Numbered from the stretch's first letter, positions 47,443 to 58,173 are shown. The stretch is 64,000 nt of DNA from an uncultured Candidatus Saccharibacteria bacterium (GCA_964504715.1 CAZDEP010000003.1:10111-74110); one strand, 5' to 3'. Numbers and translations are program-made. Notes: generated by a model from the sequence alone, not told the origin.

Positions 47443-47581
47443 TACAAACCAAAAAAACTTTTTTTGGTTTAACTACGCAATAATTTCGCACGATATATTC
47501 TACCGTCCCTCTAAGCATGCTAAAATATTAGAGGAGGCTTTTTGTTTAGATAAAAATTCCAACTATTTAAAACTACACAAC

Positions 47582-48928
47582 ATGCCTCAGAATGATACTG
47601 TCATCAAACATTATAAATCCGGCGTAGAGCTGGAACATTTTATTTTAGACCGCAAAGGAAATGTTTCGAACTGGGCAAACGAACTAATTTCAAAAATCAA
47701 AAAACTCGACCCGACCAACGGCGTCAAGCACGAAATAGCAGCAGGCATGGTGGAAATTGCCACCGAAGCGGAACTCAATATACCCTATATTGGGCGCCAA
47801 CTGTGCTCCGACTTGGAATTGCTAATTAAAACCGCCGAAGCCAATGACTTGAGCCTTTACCCCTTCGGGACGTATCCCGGCGCTTTCATGCCGGAAATCT
47901 TTGACACGCCCAGGTATGCCGCGCAACAAAAAATTTTTGGCAAGCAACGGCTGGCTATAGCAGGGCGCGTTGCCGGGCTCCACTGCCATTTTACCCTGCC
48001 AAAAGGCGTTTTTGATGAAAACCGCAGGCAAATAAAAAACTTAATATTTTCCAAGCATAAAGAAAGCCTTATTAACATTTTTAACCTTTTTACCGCTTTG
48101 GATCCGGCTTTAACCTGTTTTGCCCAAAGTTCGCCTTTCTATCAGGGCGATCATTTGGCTAAAGACAGCCGGCTGGTTGTATACCGCGGTGGCGAGGTCT
48201 TTAATTACCCTCAGGGATGCTGCGCGATATTTGACGGAAAATATGGGGGTCTCCAGCCGTATCTGGCTACCGGCACGGACTTACTCCACTTCATTGAACG
48301 GCAATTTGATTTTTTCAAAAAACTCTTAAAAGAACTGGAAATCAATATAAAAACCTTCCTGAAGCACGGGTCGATCCTAAGCGTCACTTGGGCGCCAGTA
48401 AGGATAAACGCCCATGGCACCACCGAACATCGGGGCATGGACAGCAATTTGCCGTCGATTGTCATTGCACTCTCTCTGCTCATAAAATACATAGCCAAAG
48501 AAGTTCAGGAAAAGTTTATTTCGGTCGTAGCTTCGGACGAAGCCATAAACAACCCCTTTGCCTATGACGGAAAAAAAATTATCATCCCCCCGGCTTCAAT
48601 TGTAAGGTCGCACCTCCAGCCCAAAAGCGCATTTGAAGGCCTGTCTAACCCGGATATATTCCGCTATTGCCAGGCTCTTTTAAAACTGGGAAAGAGCCTA
48701 ATACCCGAGGACAGGCTGCCCTTTCTATCGCCTTTGGATAATATGTTAAAAAGCGGAGAAACTATTTCTGATAAGTTGATAAAACTTGCCAAAGAGTCAG
48801 GCTGGAATGGCAAAAGCAGTTTAAACCCCGAGCTCTGCAGACATCTGGCCTTAAGTTCCGCAGAAATGCTAAAAACGGATTTGACCTCATTAAAACAGCC
48901 GCTTGTAGATTTTACCCCAAAAAACTGA
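47582..48928 (+). CDS. glutamate-cysteine ligase family 2 (GCS2) / carboxylate-amine ligase YbdK-like protein
   Basis: The N-terminal GVELEHFILD motif and overall size (~450 aa) fit GCS2. The start was chosen at MPQNDTV, to avoid overlap with the upstream regulator gene. Confidence 0.6.
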   Translation: MPQNDTVIKHYKSGVELEHFILDRKGNVSNWANELISKIKKLDPTNGVKHEIAAGMVEIATEAELNIPYIGRQLCSDLELLIKTAEANDLSLYPFGTYPGAFMPEIFDTPRYAAQQKIFGKQRLAIAGRVAGLHCHFTLPKGVFDENRRQIKNLIFSKHKESLINIFNLFTALDPALTCFAQSSPFYQGDHLAKDSRLVVYRGGEVFNYPQGCCAIFDGKYGGLQPYLATGTDLLHFIERQFDFFKKLLKELEINIKTFLKHGSILSVTWAPVRINAHGTTEHRGMDSNLPSIVIALSLLIKYIAKEVQEKFISVVASDEAINNPFAYDGKKIIIPPASIVRSHLQPKSAFEGLSNPDIFRYCQALLKLGKSLIPEDRLPFLSPLDNMLKSGETISDKLIKLAKESGWNGKSSLNPELCRHLALSSAEMLKTDLTSLKQPLVDFTPKN

Positions 48929-48988
48929 ACAGCAATTACCGCTTAATAAAGCCTATCAGCAAAGGCAGGACAGGCTTCGATTAACACA

Positions 48989-49025
48989 CAAAGATCATCT
49001 TTGCTTAAAGCAAAGATGATCTTTG
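48989..49025. terminator. perfect 16-bp hairpin (caaagatcatctttgc-ttaaa-gcaaagatgatctttg) between convergent genes
   Basis: Perfect inverted repeat. The flanks are not strongly U-rich, so terminator function is only an inference. Confidence 0.45.
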
Positions 49026-49060
49026 TAATAATATGCTTGAACCTATAGGAAAAATAATTT

Positions 49061-50167
49061 TTATTCGACTATTCGCTTTGTGACGTTTTCCCCCACCGGC
49101 AGCAGCCTGTCTGCACTGTTGGCTGGGACTACGGCAGAAAAGTCATTGTCAGGATTCCAGGAATTGTAGACGTCCAAGGAAGGATAAGGGTGGCGCGCCG
49201 TCGCTGTCAGGTAGTAAATGGTGCCGTTGTCGCTAATGTTTAGGCCGGGTTTGTGGCGGACGGTACCTTGGGACAAAATGTCGCCCAAAGGCAGGCCATC
49301 CAGCTCAGGAGCGGTAACTACCAGGACGGAAGAGAACTTAAAGCCCAATGTACTAAAGACCTGGGAAGAGACAAAACCGTGCTTTTGGCCTTCGGCTATT
49401 AAGTACACTGTGGGATTAGTGGGAGATTTAACAAGGCTGCCGCTGCCGGGCTTTAAAAGGGTGCCTTCGGGTACGCTTAAGTCTACGGAACTTGCCGGCT
49501 TGGCGTCTTTGAATTCCAAGCCATAGGATTTAAGCATGCCGGGGTTGGTTACGCCCTGCCTTTGGCCGTTTTGGATGACGTAGAAAGTACCGGAGTTGTT
49601 GATGAGTTTAATTGAATACGCGGAACCGTAAGTATTGCCTGAAGAGCCGGTTAATGACGATCCGCCGCTCGAAGATCCCGATGAAGATCCTCCCCCGCCG
49701 CTAGAAGACCCTGACCCGCCTGAGCTGTATGATCCTCCGCCGCCTCCCCCGCCGCCGCCTGATGATCCCGAGCCTTCCGAAAGTACCGGGGGATTTGACC
49801 CGCCTTGGGTGCCGCCCGTCTGGCTGTCAGCCGGCGTGGTGAAGGAAAATTTTTCCGGCCCCACCCAGCCGCCTGACTTATCGTAGGAAAATAAGGAATA
49901 ATAATAAGCCGTCCCGCCGGCAACGGTCGAATCGGTATAAGTGCTTGAACCGCAGACCAAGGTTGTCAAAGGCTGTTCGTTACCCGGCGAGCTTAGGTGG
50001 CCGAACGTCGAACGGAAAATTTTCATGCTGGCACAATCTTCGTCTTCTGTGAGTTCCCATTCCAAAGTAACAGGCGCCGCGGCAAGCGCAGGCCGGATTA
50101 AACTGAATACCAAAAAACAAAAGCTGAAGGAAGCCAAACCAAGGAAAAATTTTCTGTTCATAATCAT
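49061..50167 (-). CDS. secreted protein: N-terminal FN3-like domain, Gly/Ser-rich linker, and a ~190-aa C-terminal domain nearly identical to the C-terminus of the 54673-58173 protein
   Basis: Signal peptide. GGGGGGGGSYSSGGSGSSS linker. C-terminus SIKLINNSGTFYVIQNGQRQGVTNPGMLKSYGLEFKDAKPAS... is shared with the other gene. Confidence 0.7.
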   Translation of the reverse strand: MIMNRKFFLGLASFSFCFLVFSLIRPALAAAPVTLEWELTEDEDCASMKIFRSTFGHLSSPGNEQPLTTLVCGSSTYTDSTVAGGTAYYYSLFSYDKSGGWVGPEKFSFTTPADSQTGGTQGGSNPPVLSEGSGSSGGGGGGGGGSYSSGGSGSSSGGGGSSSGSSSGGSSLTGSSGNTYGSAYSIKLINNSGTFYVIQNGQRQGVTNPGMLKSYGLEFKDAKPASSVDLSVPEGTLLKPGSGSLVKSPTNPTVYLIAEGQKHGFVSSQVFSTLGFKFSSVLVVTAPELDGLPLGDILSQGTVRHKPGLNISDNGTIYYLTATARHPYPSLDVYNSWNPDNDFSAVVPANSADRLLPVGENVTKRIVE

Positions 50168-50181
50168 TAATTATGGATTTC

Positions 50182-53100
50182 TTAAGGCCGAGGCAAAAAC
50201 GCCCATTTAGGCGAACCGTTAAATCGGTCCTGATAACCTATGTGCGTCCTATACCACTCCCAGGCATCCAAGCCCGAGCGGCCGTTATAAGAGAATTTGG
50301 TTAAGAAGGAGGAAGCGCCGTAGCTCAACACCGAATAGCCGCCCTCGTAATCGCCGTCATTAACAAAGCCCGAAGTCCTGAGCTGGTACTGCAACTGCAT
50401 GGCATCTTTAACCTGTGCCCAGGTCTGGAAATAATTCCCGCTTAAGTCCATGGAAGGCGTGCGGTAATCCTGCGTGTAATAGGGGCTGTAAGAAGGATCA
50501 AAAACCTGCCCGAGCAAATTCTGGGCAAACCTTTCGCGCATAGGGCCAATTTGCGGATAGCCTAATTCTTCAATATGCCCAAACACCACGTGCAGAAAGG
50601 CATTTTGGAAAGGAATGCTCACGCGCGAAGCTTTGCTGGTGTCAGCTTCGCCATCCGCGCCATAGCCGCCGCTTAGGAAATTTAAAGGATTCGGGAATTT
50701 ATTAAAGGCGTTTTTGCCGATGCACCAAATAGAAGTTTCAGCCATCTTGTTAAACGGATTGGTTGAACACGGCTGGTAGAAATAACCATTGGTTACATTA
50801 AACGAACCTTCACGAACAGCCAAGTTATTCATTAACTTGTCGGTAAAATATTTCTTTTCCGGCGTACCGTCCGGCGCTATAGATGCCGTCTCGGCTATGC
50901 TTCTAAATGCCCAAGCCACGCCCCTGTCTTCATGCGCGAACAAGCCTTTGTTATTTAGGCGCGTATTGGGATTCGGCACCATTAAGTCGTAACCCGCCAC
51001 ATTGTATAAGCTTTCCAATATATACCAATCCCCGCTCAAAAGATACGGGATATAGTAATAGTTCGGTTCGTGGGTAACATCGGGTGTCCAACCCGGAGTT
51101 TGGTCGTCATCGACAGCGAACATATAATCACCGTCCTGGTCCGCGCTTTTGCTTGTGTTGCCGTAAGTCTTGGGCCGCGCATCCAAGGAAATACTGCGGC
51201 CGAACATATCGTCGCTCATGCCAGAGACATACGCTTTGCCCGTCTTAAGTTCCCGCGCCTGCAAAGGTACCTGGTTGGCAGCTTCCACGTTGCCCATTAG
51301 TTCAGAAAAAAGTTCCGGATTCCTGCTGTCTTGCGACTTCATGGAATACAAATAAACCATTTGCCAGGTAGTGAACAGGCCAATGTCGGGACGTTGGCCG
51401 GCGGCGGGCTGATTTTTCCAAATTTGTCCCTGCACGCCCAATGTAGGATTGTAGCCAATGTCGCCCTTGTCGCTATTGCGCCAGCCTGGCGTGTGGCCTT
51501 CCGAATGTGAATAGCCGGTATCCAGCATGGCGTTTATGGCGCCATCGGTAATATTCAAATTGGTGTTAAAATTCGGAATGGCTTTACTGTAAACCAAATA
51601 GGGCAAATTGTAATCTATATAAGAAGTTCCCGGCGTTTGGCCAATATAGAAAGTCTTGCGCCAGCGCGTGCGCGCCAGCTGGGTAATGTTGGCCTTGGAA
51701 TAGACCGGCGTTAAGCCGGCACCCAGCTTTAATGTTAAGTCATACTTTTGATTCTGCAATTTCTGCGTCCACATATTTTCCAAAATCATTTCGACTTTGG
51801 TGGAATTTGGGGTTTTGGGAGTAAAGGTTGCCACAAAAATCGGATGCATGGCTTTAAACAAGGAGGTGTCCGCCGCGCGCCAGCCACTAACGCCTTCTAC
51901 AGTACCAAGCGCGCCCCAGGCGGCAACGCTGAGTTCCGGCGTACCGCCGTATTTGCGGCCGTCCGCATTCGGGCAAGAGCTCACCCCAATTTTTAAAGTA
52001 TTGCCGGTCTTGCCGCAAATTCTTATTCTTTCTCCAAACAGGTTTACTACCGAAGGCACCGGAATATCGCTGGCATCCAGCACGTTCATGGTCGTATCCC
52101 CGGCTCTAAAATAGCCGTTGGGCGTGGCCAAAAACGAAGTTTTATTTTTATAGCCAAAATCGTACTTTAAGGCCGTACTTCTGTCTTCCAAAATTATTTG
52201 CGTAACAATAGACCCTTTTAGCCAATACCTGAAATCCCCGTTTTGGAGCATTGTACGGGCACTGGCTGACTGTGTGCTTCCGTCTTTACTGGTTTCAATC
52301 TGAGCATCAAAATTATATCCGGCCGCGAGCATTTGGTCTTTGGTCAGGGCCTGCGCTGTGCCGCAATTGCAGTTCGACTGGTTTACGAAATCTACATTTA
52401 ACGAACCATTGCCCGGCAAAGTAGCCACAAAAGAAATAATAACATGTTTTACGCTGCCGTCCTCGTAGCGGCTCATTACATCTGCCTGGGTAAGAGTTGC
52501 CGAGCCATTCACCCTCGCCTGCGGATAATTGGTTATTTCACCTTTGGCAAATACGCGCGAGATGGAAAAAGTCCGCTGTTCCGATTGCGCGGCCCCGCTT
52601 TTTATAGTTACGCCATTAGAAGAGGGCATGGGATTAACTATGGCCGGCACGGTGGAACCGTATGTTGGTATGGTAGAAGAAGTGGTAGAAGTGGGTGTTG
52701 GATTGGGCGTGGGGGTGGAAATAGGCGGGGAGATCACCGCTTCTTTTTTCATCCAGGACAATTTTGCCACGGCATCAACGGCATTTTCAAAATATTCCAT
52801 TTTTACCGTGTGGGTGCCGGCTGTTAAAGTTTTGGTATAGCTGTAAGTCGTTGCCGACTGGTTTATCCATTTGTCTATAATTGCCTGGCCGTCCACATAC
52901 ACTCTTACGCCGTCGTCTGCCGTCGCTGCAAAAATATAATCAGCCGCTTCAAAATTAAATTTGCCTTCGTAAGTAGCGGAAAATTTGTCCGCCGGCACGA
53001 GGGAGGAAGGGCTGCCGCCGGCCCAGTCAAAATTAATGGAATTAACCGTGGAAGTGGCTTTTAAAGTTTCAAAATTCATGCCCGCGTAGTAGCAAGCAGT

Positions 53101-54444
53101 AAAAGCGTTGGTAGCCGCGGAAGGACACACAAACTGGGGAGGAGATGAAGTCGGGGGTGTAGATACCGGGGGATCGGTTGAGATGGGAGTGGTAGTGGCC
53201 GCTGACTGGTCCAAGGCCGTATAATATTTGCGTGCAAGCAAAACACCCTTGCCATTGGGTTCGCTGTAAAATTCCACCTTGACCCTGGATTTGGGCGAAA
53301 TAACATACCCCGAATAAGCCGAACCCTCTTTCGGGGCGTTAGCTAAAATTGCGGCGCCGTTTACATACAAAGAACCGGAGCGGTCCAAAGTCCTTTGCCA
53401 CTCAACTCGGTAATTCCAAAAATTATTTTGGTAGCTTGCGGCTGTCACGGAAATTTTTAAAGACCGGTTATTTACAAGTTGGCGGGTGTAAATCACCGTA
53501 TCGTTTGTTGTGGTAGTCGGGGTGGAAGTTGGCCCCGAAGCCTGGGCGGGCGGCTGGGTGGTAGTGGTGGGGGTAGATGTAGCAGGGGGGGTGGTCGGCG
53601 TGGTAACGACAGGCTGGTTCGGGCTCGTGGCGGGCGCGCCGGCAAAAGCGTAAATGTCGGAAACTTCCTGGCCGCTTAAAGCGCGGTTATAAATCCTCAG
53701 TTCGTCCAGTTCGCCGTAGTATGGGTTGCGTGGCGAATCGTCTTTGTCTCCCAGGGTGATGTTGGGATTGCTGCTTAAAGCAAGCGTGGTAGCCGTACGG
53801 GTAGCCTGCAAAGCGCCGTTTATGAACAAAGACAAAAGTCCGGTAGATTTGGCACGCTCGGCGCAAAAATGCTGCCAGGCGTCGTTGCTGACTTGGGAAG
53901 TGCTGCGGATACTTTTGTCTATGTTAATATCCGGACTGGCGCCGCCAACGCCAAAGACAAACCTGCCCCATGCGTCCACTCCCATCCCGAAGTCCTGTCC
54001 TATCCCCCTCGATTCCGAAGTGACTATGGCGGTGGATTGGTAATGTTCGGCGTCAGTGCCTTCGGCGTCGGTTTTTATCCAGGCACAAATTGTAAAGTCA
54101 TCCTGGACCGGCTTTTTAAAAATTATTTTCTGCGTGCCGTTGCCGTCAAAGCTCGCGGCCTTGCCTATTTTCCCTTCAGCCTGGCTGGCGGTATTGGTTG
54201 TCGGCTTGTATTCGTCGGAAACCAAAAATCCGCCCTCAAAAGGAGCGGATTGATTTTCAAAAGGCAAATATACCACCAAGCCGCTGGTAGTCACCTCGCC
54301 CAAAACACGGGGATTCTTAACAATTGATGCGGCTGTCTGGGCGGCCAGGTTGTCTACGTAAAGGCTGGTCAAAAAACCCTGGTAGCCCACGGTCAGCATG
54401 CACAGAGAAGCAAATACCCAAACGGTAAATAATCGGCGGTTCAT
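50182..54444 (-). CDS. giant (1420 aa) secreted protein with an N-terminal LamG/concanavalin A-like domain and a PA14-like domain, followed by a ~800-aa uncharacterised (possibly polysaccharide-active) region
   Basis: Signal peptide. LamG signature ...GELDELRIYNRALSGQEV. PA14-like YYAGMNFETL...FSATYEGKF...FAATADDGVRVYVDGQAIIDKW. Confidence 0.75.
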   Translation of the reverse strand: MNRRLFTVWVFASLCMLTVGYQGFLTSLYVDNLAAQTAASIVKNPRVLGEVTTSGLVVYLPFENQSAPFEGGFLVSDEYKPTTNTASQAEGKIGKAASFDGNGTQKIIFKKPVQDDFTICAWIKTDAEGTDAEHYQSTAIVTSESRGIGQDFGMGVDAWGRFVFGVGGASPDINIDKSIRSTSQVSNDAWQHFCAERAKSTGLLSLFINGALQATRTATTLALSSNPNITLGDKDDSPRNPYYGELDELRIYNRALSGQEVSDIYAFAGAPATSPNQPVVTTPTTPPATSTPTTTTQPPAQASGPTSTPTTTTNDTVIYTRQLVNNRSLKISVTAASYQNNFWNYRVEWQRTLDRSGSLYVNGAAILANAPKEGSAYSGYVISPKSRVKVEFYSEPNGKGVLLARKYYTALDQSAATTTPISTDPPVSTPPTSSPPQFVCPSAATNAFTACYYAGMNFETLKATSTVNSINFDWAGGSPSSLVPADKFSATYEGKFNFEAADYIFAATADDGVRVYVDGQAIIDKWINQSATTYSYTKTLTAGTHTVKMEYFENAVDAVAKLSWMKKEAVISPPISTPTPNPTPTSTTSSTIPTYGSTVPAIVNPMPSSNGVTIKSGAAQSEQRTFSISRVFAKGEITNYPQARVNGSATLTQADVMSRYEDGSVKHVIISFVATLPGNGSLNVDFVNQSNCNCGTAQALTKDQMLAAGYNFDAQIETSKDGSTQSASARTMLQNGDFRYWLKGSIVTQIILEDRSTALKYDFGYKNKTSFLATPNGYFRAGDTTMNVLDASDIPVPSVVNLFGERIRICGKTGNTLKIGVSSCPNADGRKYGGTPELSVAAWGALGTVEGVSGWRAADTSLFKAMHPIFVATFTPKTPNSTKVEMILENMWTQKLQNQKYDLTLKLGAGLTPVYSKANITQLARTRWRKTFYIGQTPGTSYIDYNLPYLVYSKAIPNFNTNLNITDGAINAMLDTGYSHSEGHTPGWRNSDKGDIGYNPTLGVQGQIWKNQPAAGQRPDIGLFTTWQMVYLYSMKSQDSRNPELFSELMGNVEAANQVPLQARELKTGKAYVSGMSDDMFGRSISLDARPKTYGNTSKSADQDGDYMFAVDDDQTPGWTPDVTHEPNYYYIPYLLSGDWYILESLYNVAGYDLMVPNPNTRLNNKGLFAHEDRGVAWAFRSIAETASIAPDGTPEKKYFTDKLMNNLAVREGSFNVTNGYFYQPCSTNPFNKMAETSIWCIGKNAFNKFPNPLNFLSGGYGADGEADTSKASRVSIPFQNAFLHVVFGHIEELGYPQIGPMRERFAQNLLGQVFDPSYSPYYTQDYRTPSMDLSGNYFQTWAQVKDAMQLQYQLRTSGFVNDGDYEGGYSVLSYGASSFLTKFSYNGRSGLDAWEWYRTHIGYQDRFNGSPKWAFLPRP

Positions 54445-54672
54445 TATTTTTTTGTTAAAAACAAATAGTTAAAATTTTTATCTTTACAACGACTACGCAA
54501 AAAACTTCGGAACCAAAAAAACCTTGCAAAAAAACTTAAGGAGCCGGCTCCTCGGACCAAAATATTTTATTGTATTTTTGTTTGCTTTTATTTCAAATCC
54601 GAAACTCAAACTGTATATATTATAGCACATCTAGAAAATTTTGTCCAATGGAAATTCTCGCTTATTGATGCT

Positions 54673-57600
54673 TTATTCCACCACCCTCTTTGCCACCACA
54701 TCGCCTATGGGTATTTGCCGGTCGGCTTCGTTAGCCGGGACTACGGCGGAAAAGTCATTGTCCGCGTTCCAGGAGTTGTAGACATCCAAAGAGGGATAAG
54801 GCAGCCTGTGGGTGTCGGTCAGGTAATAAACGGTGCCATTGTCGCTGATGTTAAGGCCGGCTTTGTGGCGGGCAGTACCTTGGGACAAGATTTCTCCCAA
54901 AGACATACTGTCAAGTTCCGGAGCCGTAACCACCAGTACGGAAGAGAACTTAAAGCCTAAAGCCGAGAAAACCTGGGAAGAGACAAAACCGTGCTTTTGG
55001 CTGTTGGCAATCAGGTAGACTGTGGGATTTAATGGGGATTTGACCAAGCTGCCGTCTGCGGGCTTAAGTAGCGAGCCTTCGGCCACGCCTAAGTCCACGG
55101 GACTGGCAGGCTTGGCGTCTTTAAATTCCAAACCGTAAGTCTTGAGCATGCCCGGGTTGGTAACGCCCTGGCGCTGGCCGTTTTGGACTACATAAAAAGT
55201 GCCGGAGTTGTTGATGAGTTTAATTGAATCGCCCAAACTTTGGCGCGGCAAAACTGACGGCGAGGCGGGCATAACCCCAAACGATCCCCCACTCCCGCCC
55301 GATCCGCCAGATGCGGACGAAGGACCGGAAGATCCCGCTCCGCCTGAAACGGGCGGAAGATTAGGCCCAAGTTGGGCGGGAGGAATTGGGGCCGAAGACG
55401 GAGGAGTTGAAGTGGCTAATGGAATTCCGCTAACAGTGGAAGGCGGAGTGCCGGAGGCGTTTGGCGCGGGAGGGTTATTCGGAAGTGCCGCAGAAGTTGA
55501 TGTTGCTGCCGGCGCGGCAGGTGGCGTGATGACAACCGGCGGAACTGCCGGCGCAGCGGGTAAAGTTCCGCCGACCGAATACGCAAAATCCAAAGGCCCG
55601 TAAGTTGCATTGGTAATGCCGGTCGGGTACCAGGTATTTTGAGAAGTGAAATACACGCCGCTGTTTGCAAAAGCGTCGCCCGTGGTAACCACGCGGCTGT
55701 CCAAATCGCGCCATGTATCCCCTGCCGCCCTTTCCTGGCTGACCAGGTAATAAGTTTTATTGGCGGACAAAACCACCGGCGCGGAAAGCTGCGCGTAGGC
55801 AAACTGGCCGGACGCAAAATTGGCGAGGTTAATACTGACCTGCGTGCCGCTTACGTCCTGCCCGGCTGAGGCATCAACAATTTTTAATTGATGATTTTCA
55901 ATGCTGCCGCTTTCTACAAATCTTGCCAGGGCTTTGATTGTCAAATTAGCGCTGCCGACAGTAAACTTCGTCCCCACCCAGCCGGTGTAGTCGCTGCGCA
56001 GCGTGCCTAAAGTTTTACCGGTTACAAAAATTTGGCTGCCGGAAGGAGGAGTTGATATCGTTCCCAAAGGGGCGGGAGCCGGCGACGGGGCAGGAACAGG
56101 AGCGGGTGGAACAACGGGAGTTGATGTGGCAACCGGCGCAGGGGCGGGAGTGGGAGCAGGAGCCGGCGCAGGGATGGGGCTGGGCGCGGGAGCGGGCGGC
56201 GGAGTGGTGGGGCTAGGGGGCGTGCCCACATAATATTTAAAATCCACGGGAACATAAGACGTCCTTGAAATGCCGGTGGTGCTGTAACCTGAACCGTTGT
56301 AATATACGCCGTTATTTACCGCTGCGTCGGTTTTCGTGCTTAAAATAGTGTTGCCATTGTTATGCCACTGGTCCCCCAAGATGGTTTCCTGGCTTACTAT
56401 ATAGTAAGACGTATTCGCGGAAAGAGTAACCGGCGAGGACACATCTGTATAAGCAAACTGGCCCGCGGTTTTTCCAGATGTTGTTACCGTGGCCGAACCC
56501 AAATCGGAGGCGTCAGAAGCGCGGACAATTTTCACGGCATGATTTTGGCTGTTGCCCGTTACCACATAGCGACCCAGGGCAGTTAAAGTAATAGGCTGGC
56601 TGCCCACAGTCATGGAAAAACCCACCCAGCCCGAATAATCGTTCCGGAGTGAATCAAAAGAATTTACGGAAGTTACAAAGCCGGCCGAAGAGGTTACGGG
56701 CGAAGGCGCGGGAGCCGGGGCGGGGCTGGGGGCGGGAGCGGGAGAAGGGCTGGGAGAGGCGGCCGCGGTTAGGGTTATGTTGGAACTTGTCTGGTTGCCG
56801 TTGCCGGAAAAAACATTGCCTGAGCCGCTAACGCCGGAAAAAGCGGCAGAGCCCGCGCCGGACACGGCGTAAGAGGCGTTGCCGGAAAAATTGTTGTCGG
56901 AAATTACCACACCCTGGGACTGCGCTGGCGTGTTCCAAAAAGTTATCCCGTCGCGCGAATGGCCGCTAAAGCTGTTCGAGCTTATGTTGAAGCCGTTTAA
57001 ATTTGCGTTGCCGCCAAAAACTATCCCGGCAAGCTGGGGCTGGGAAGCGTTGGTGCTGGAAAAGGTATTGCCAGAAACAGTGACGTTCTGCCCCCCGTTG
57101 TTGAAATACAGTCCGCCTGTCAAGTTGGAGCTTTTGTTGTTGCGGATAGTATTTCCGGAGAAACTTGAATTGCGCAAAATTTCCGAAGAGGCGCCGTCTT
57201 CATTTACCACATAAATGCCCGACTGGGTATTTTCCTCAAATATGTTATTGCTGACGGTTACGTTGCGCGCGCCGTAATTTAAGGTTACCTGCAAACCATG
57301 GCAATCGTTCCGGTTTGCGGTGTTGCCGGAAATTAGGCCGGTGGAATTCGCGTTATAATACCCATCCATTAAAACTTTAAGTCCGGCGCAGCCGGTGTCA
57401 TTGGCCGTGTTGTTTTGTACTTTTACGGTGCCCGTGCCCTGAACCACAATGCCGGAGTGGCCCGTTTTGTAGACAAAGTTGCCTTCCACAGTCGGATCGG
57501 TCTCTATTGCCGACTGCCACCAGTTGCCCAGCCACATGCCGCGCATGACCCGAACGCTTGGCTGCGGCAGGTTGGTGGTATCGCGGTCTATGGTAATATT

Positions 57601-58173
57601 TCGGTAAATATTACCTCTGTTTCCCGAAGCCTCAAAAACCGCGGTCGCCGCGCTGTCGGGCCCGCACTGCATGTTCATGTTGCGTATGGTAATGTCGGAA
57701 AAAACCGCGTTGGTGTTGTTGGTGGCGCCAAAAGCCGCAGCGCAATAATTGCTGTTGCCATCAACATTCAAATTTTTTATGGTACAGTTGGCGCAGCTTC
57801 GGACATCGAACAAAATTCCGCCGCTTATCCCGTTGGAAGCTGTCCCGATGCCAGTAACTTTAAAACCGCCGCCGTTTACTCCCTGCACTGTAATCCCGCT
57901 TCGGTTGCTTAAAGTTACGGTGCTGCCCAAATTCGCCTGGCAGTCGAAATTCACCGTGCCGTTGTCGGCTACGGCCGAGAATGCCTGGGCAATGGCGCTT
58001 GCGGCATCGCCCGCGCCGCACGCGCCGAAGCTGCTTATGTTAACGCTGGTGGCCGTGCCTTTTACCTGGCCCGATATTTCGGCATAGGTTAAGGCCCAAA
58101 GCGGTTGAAGTGGCATGAGCGCGGCGAGTAAAAGAGATGCGGTTGTCACTATACGAAAAAATTTTTTTTGCAT
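54673..58173 (-). CDS. large (1166 aa) secreted right-handed beta-helix repeat protein with Pro/Ala-rich linkers, two copies of a ~170-aa beta-sandwich domain, and the shared C-terminal domain
   Basis: Signal peptide. Repetitive N..GN.....N......G (PbH1-like) turns. Linkers SPSPSPAPAPSPAPAPAPSP. Duplicated domain (SDYTGWVG...QFAY...LSANKTYY). The C-terminal ~190 aa is ~85% identical at the DNA level to 49061-49650. Confidence 0.8.
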   Translation of the reverse strand: MQKKFFRIVTTASLLLAALMPLQPLWALTYAEISGQVKGTATSVNISSFGACGAGDAASAIAQAFSAVADNGTVNFDCQANLGSTVTLSNRSGITVQGVNGGGFKVTGIGTASNGISGGILFDVRSCANCTIKNLNVDGNSNYCAAAFGATNNTNAVFSDITIRNMNMQCGPDSAATAVFEASGNRGNIYRNITIDRDTTNLPQPSVRVMRGMWLGNWWQSAIETDPTVEGNFVYKTGHSGIVVQGTGTVKVQNNTANDTGCAGLKVLMDGYYNANSTGLISGNTANRNDCHGLQVTLNYGARNVTVSNNIFEENTQSGIYVVNEDGASSEILRNSSFSGNTIRNNKSSNLTGGLYFNNGGQNVTVSGNTFSSTNASQPQLAGIVFGGNANLNGFNISSNSFSGHSRDGITFWNTPAQSQGVVISDNNFSGNASYAVSGAGSAAFSGVSGSGNVFSGNGNQTSSNITLTAAASPSPSPAPAPSPAPAPAPSPVTSSAGFVTSVNSFDSLRNDYSGWVGFSMTVGSQPITLTALGRYVVTGNSQNHAVKIVRASDASDLGSATVTTSGKTAGQFAYTDVSSPVTLSANTSYYIVSQETILGDQWHNNGNTILSTKTDAAVNNGVYYNGSGYSTTGISRTSYVPVDFKYYVGTPPSPTTPPPAPAPSPIPAPAPAPTPAPAPVATSTPVVPPAPVPAPSPAPAPLGTISTPPSGSQIFVTGKTLGTLRSDYTGWVGTKFTVGSANLTIKALARFVESGSIENHQLKIVDASAGQDVSGTQVSINLANFASGQFAYAQLSAPVVLSANKTYYLVSQERAAGDTWRDLDSRVVTTGDAFANSGVYFTSQNTWYPTGITNATYGPLDFAYSVGGTLPAAPAVPPVVITPPAAPAATSTSAALPNNPPAPNASGTPPSTVSGIPLATSTPPSSAPIPPAQLGPNLPPVSGGAGSSGPSSASGGSGGSGGSFGVMPASPSVLPRQSLGDSIKLINNSGTFYVVQNGQRQGVTNPGMLKTYGLEFKDAKPASPVDLGVAEGSLLKPADGSLVKSPLNPTVYLIANSQKHGFVSSQVFSALGFKFSSVLVVTAPELDSMSLGEILSQGTARHKAGLNISDNGTVYYLTDTHRLPYPSLDVYNSWNADNDFSAVVPANEADRQIPIGDVVAKRVVE

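Noticed and set aside
47363-47581. ORF-track start of the GCS2-family gene at 47363
   Set aside because: It would overlap the PaaX-like gene by 80 nt in another frame, and the N-terminal 73 aa look non-native. The internal ATG at 47582 precedes the conserved GVELEHFILD region.
49635-49923. Pro/Asp-rich plus-strand ORF (83 aa) and 90-aa minus ORF in the Gly/Ser linker region
   Set aside because: They are alternative-frame readings of the GGN/TCC-rich linker of the 49061-50167 gene.
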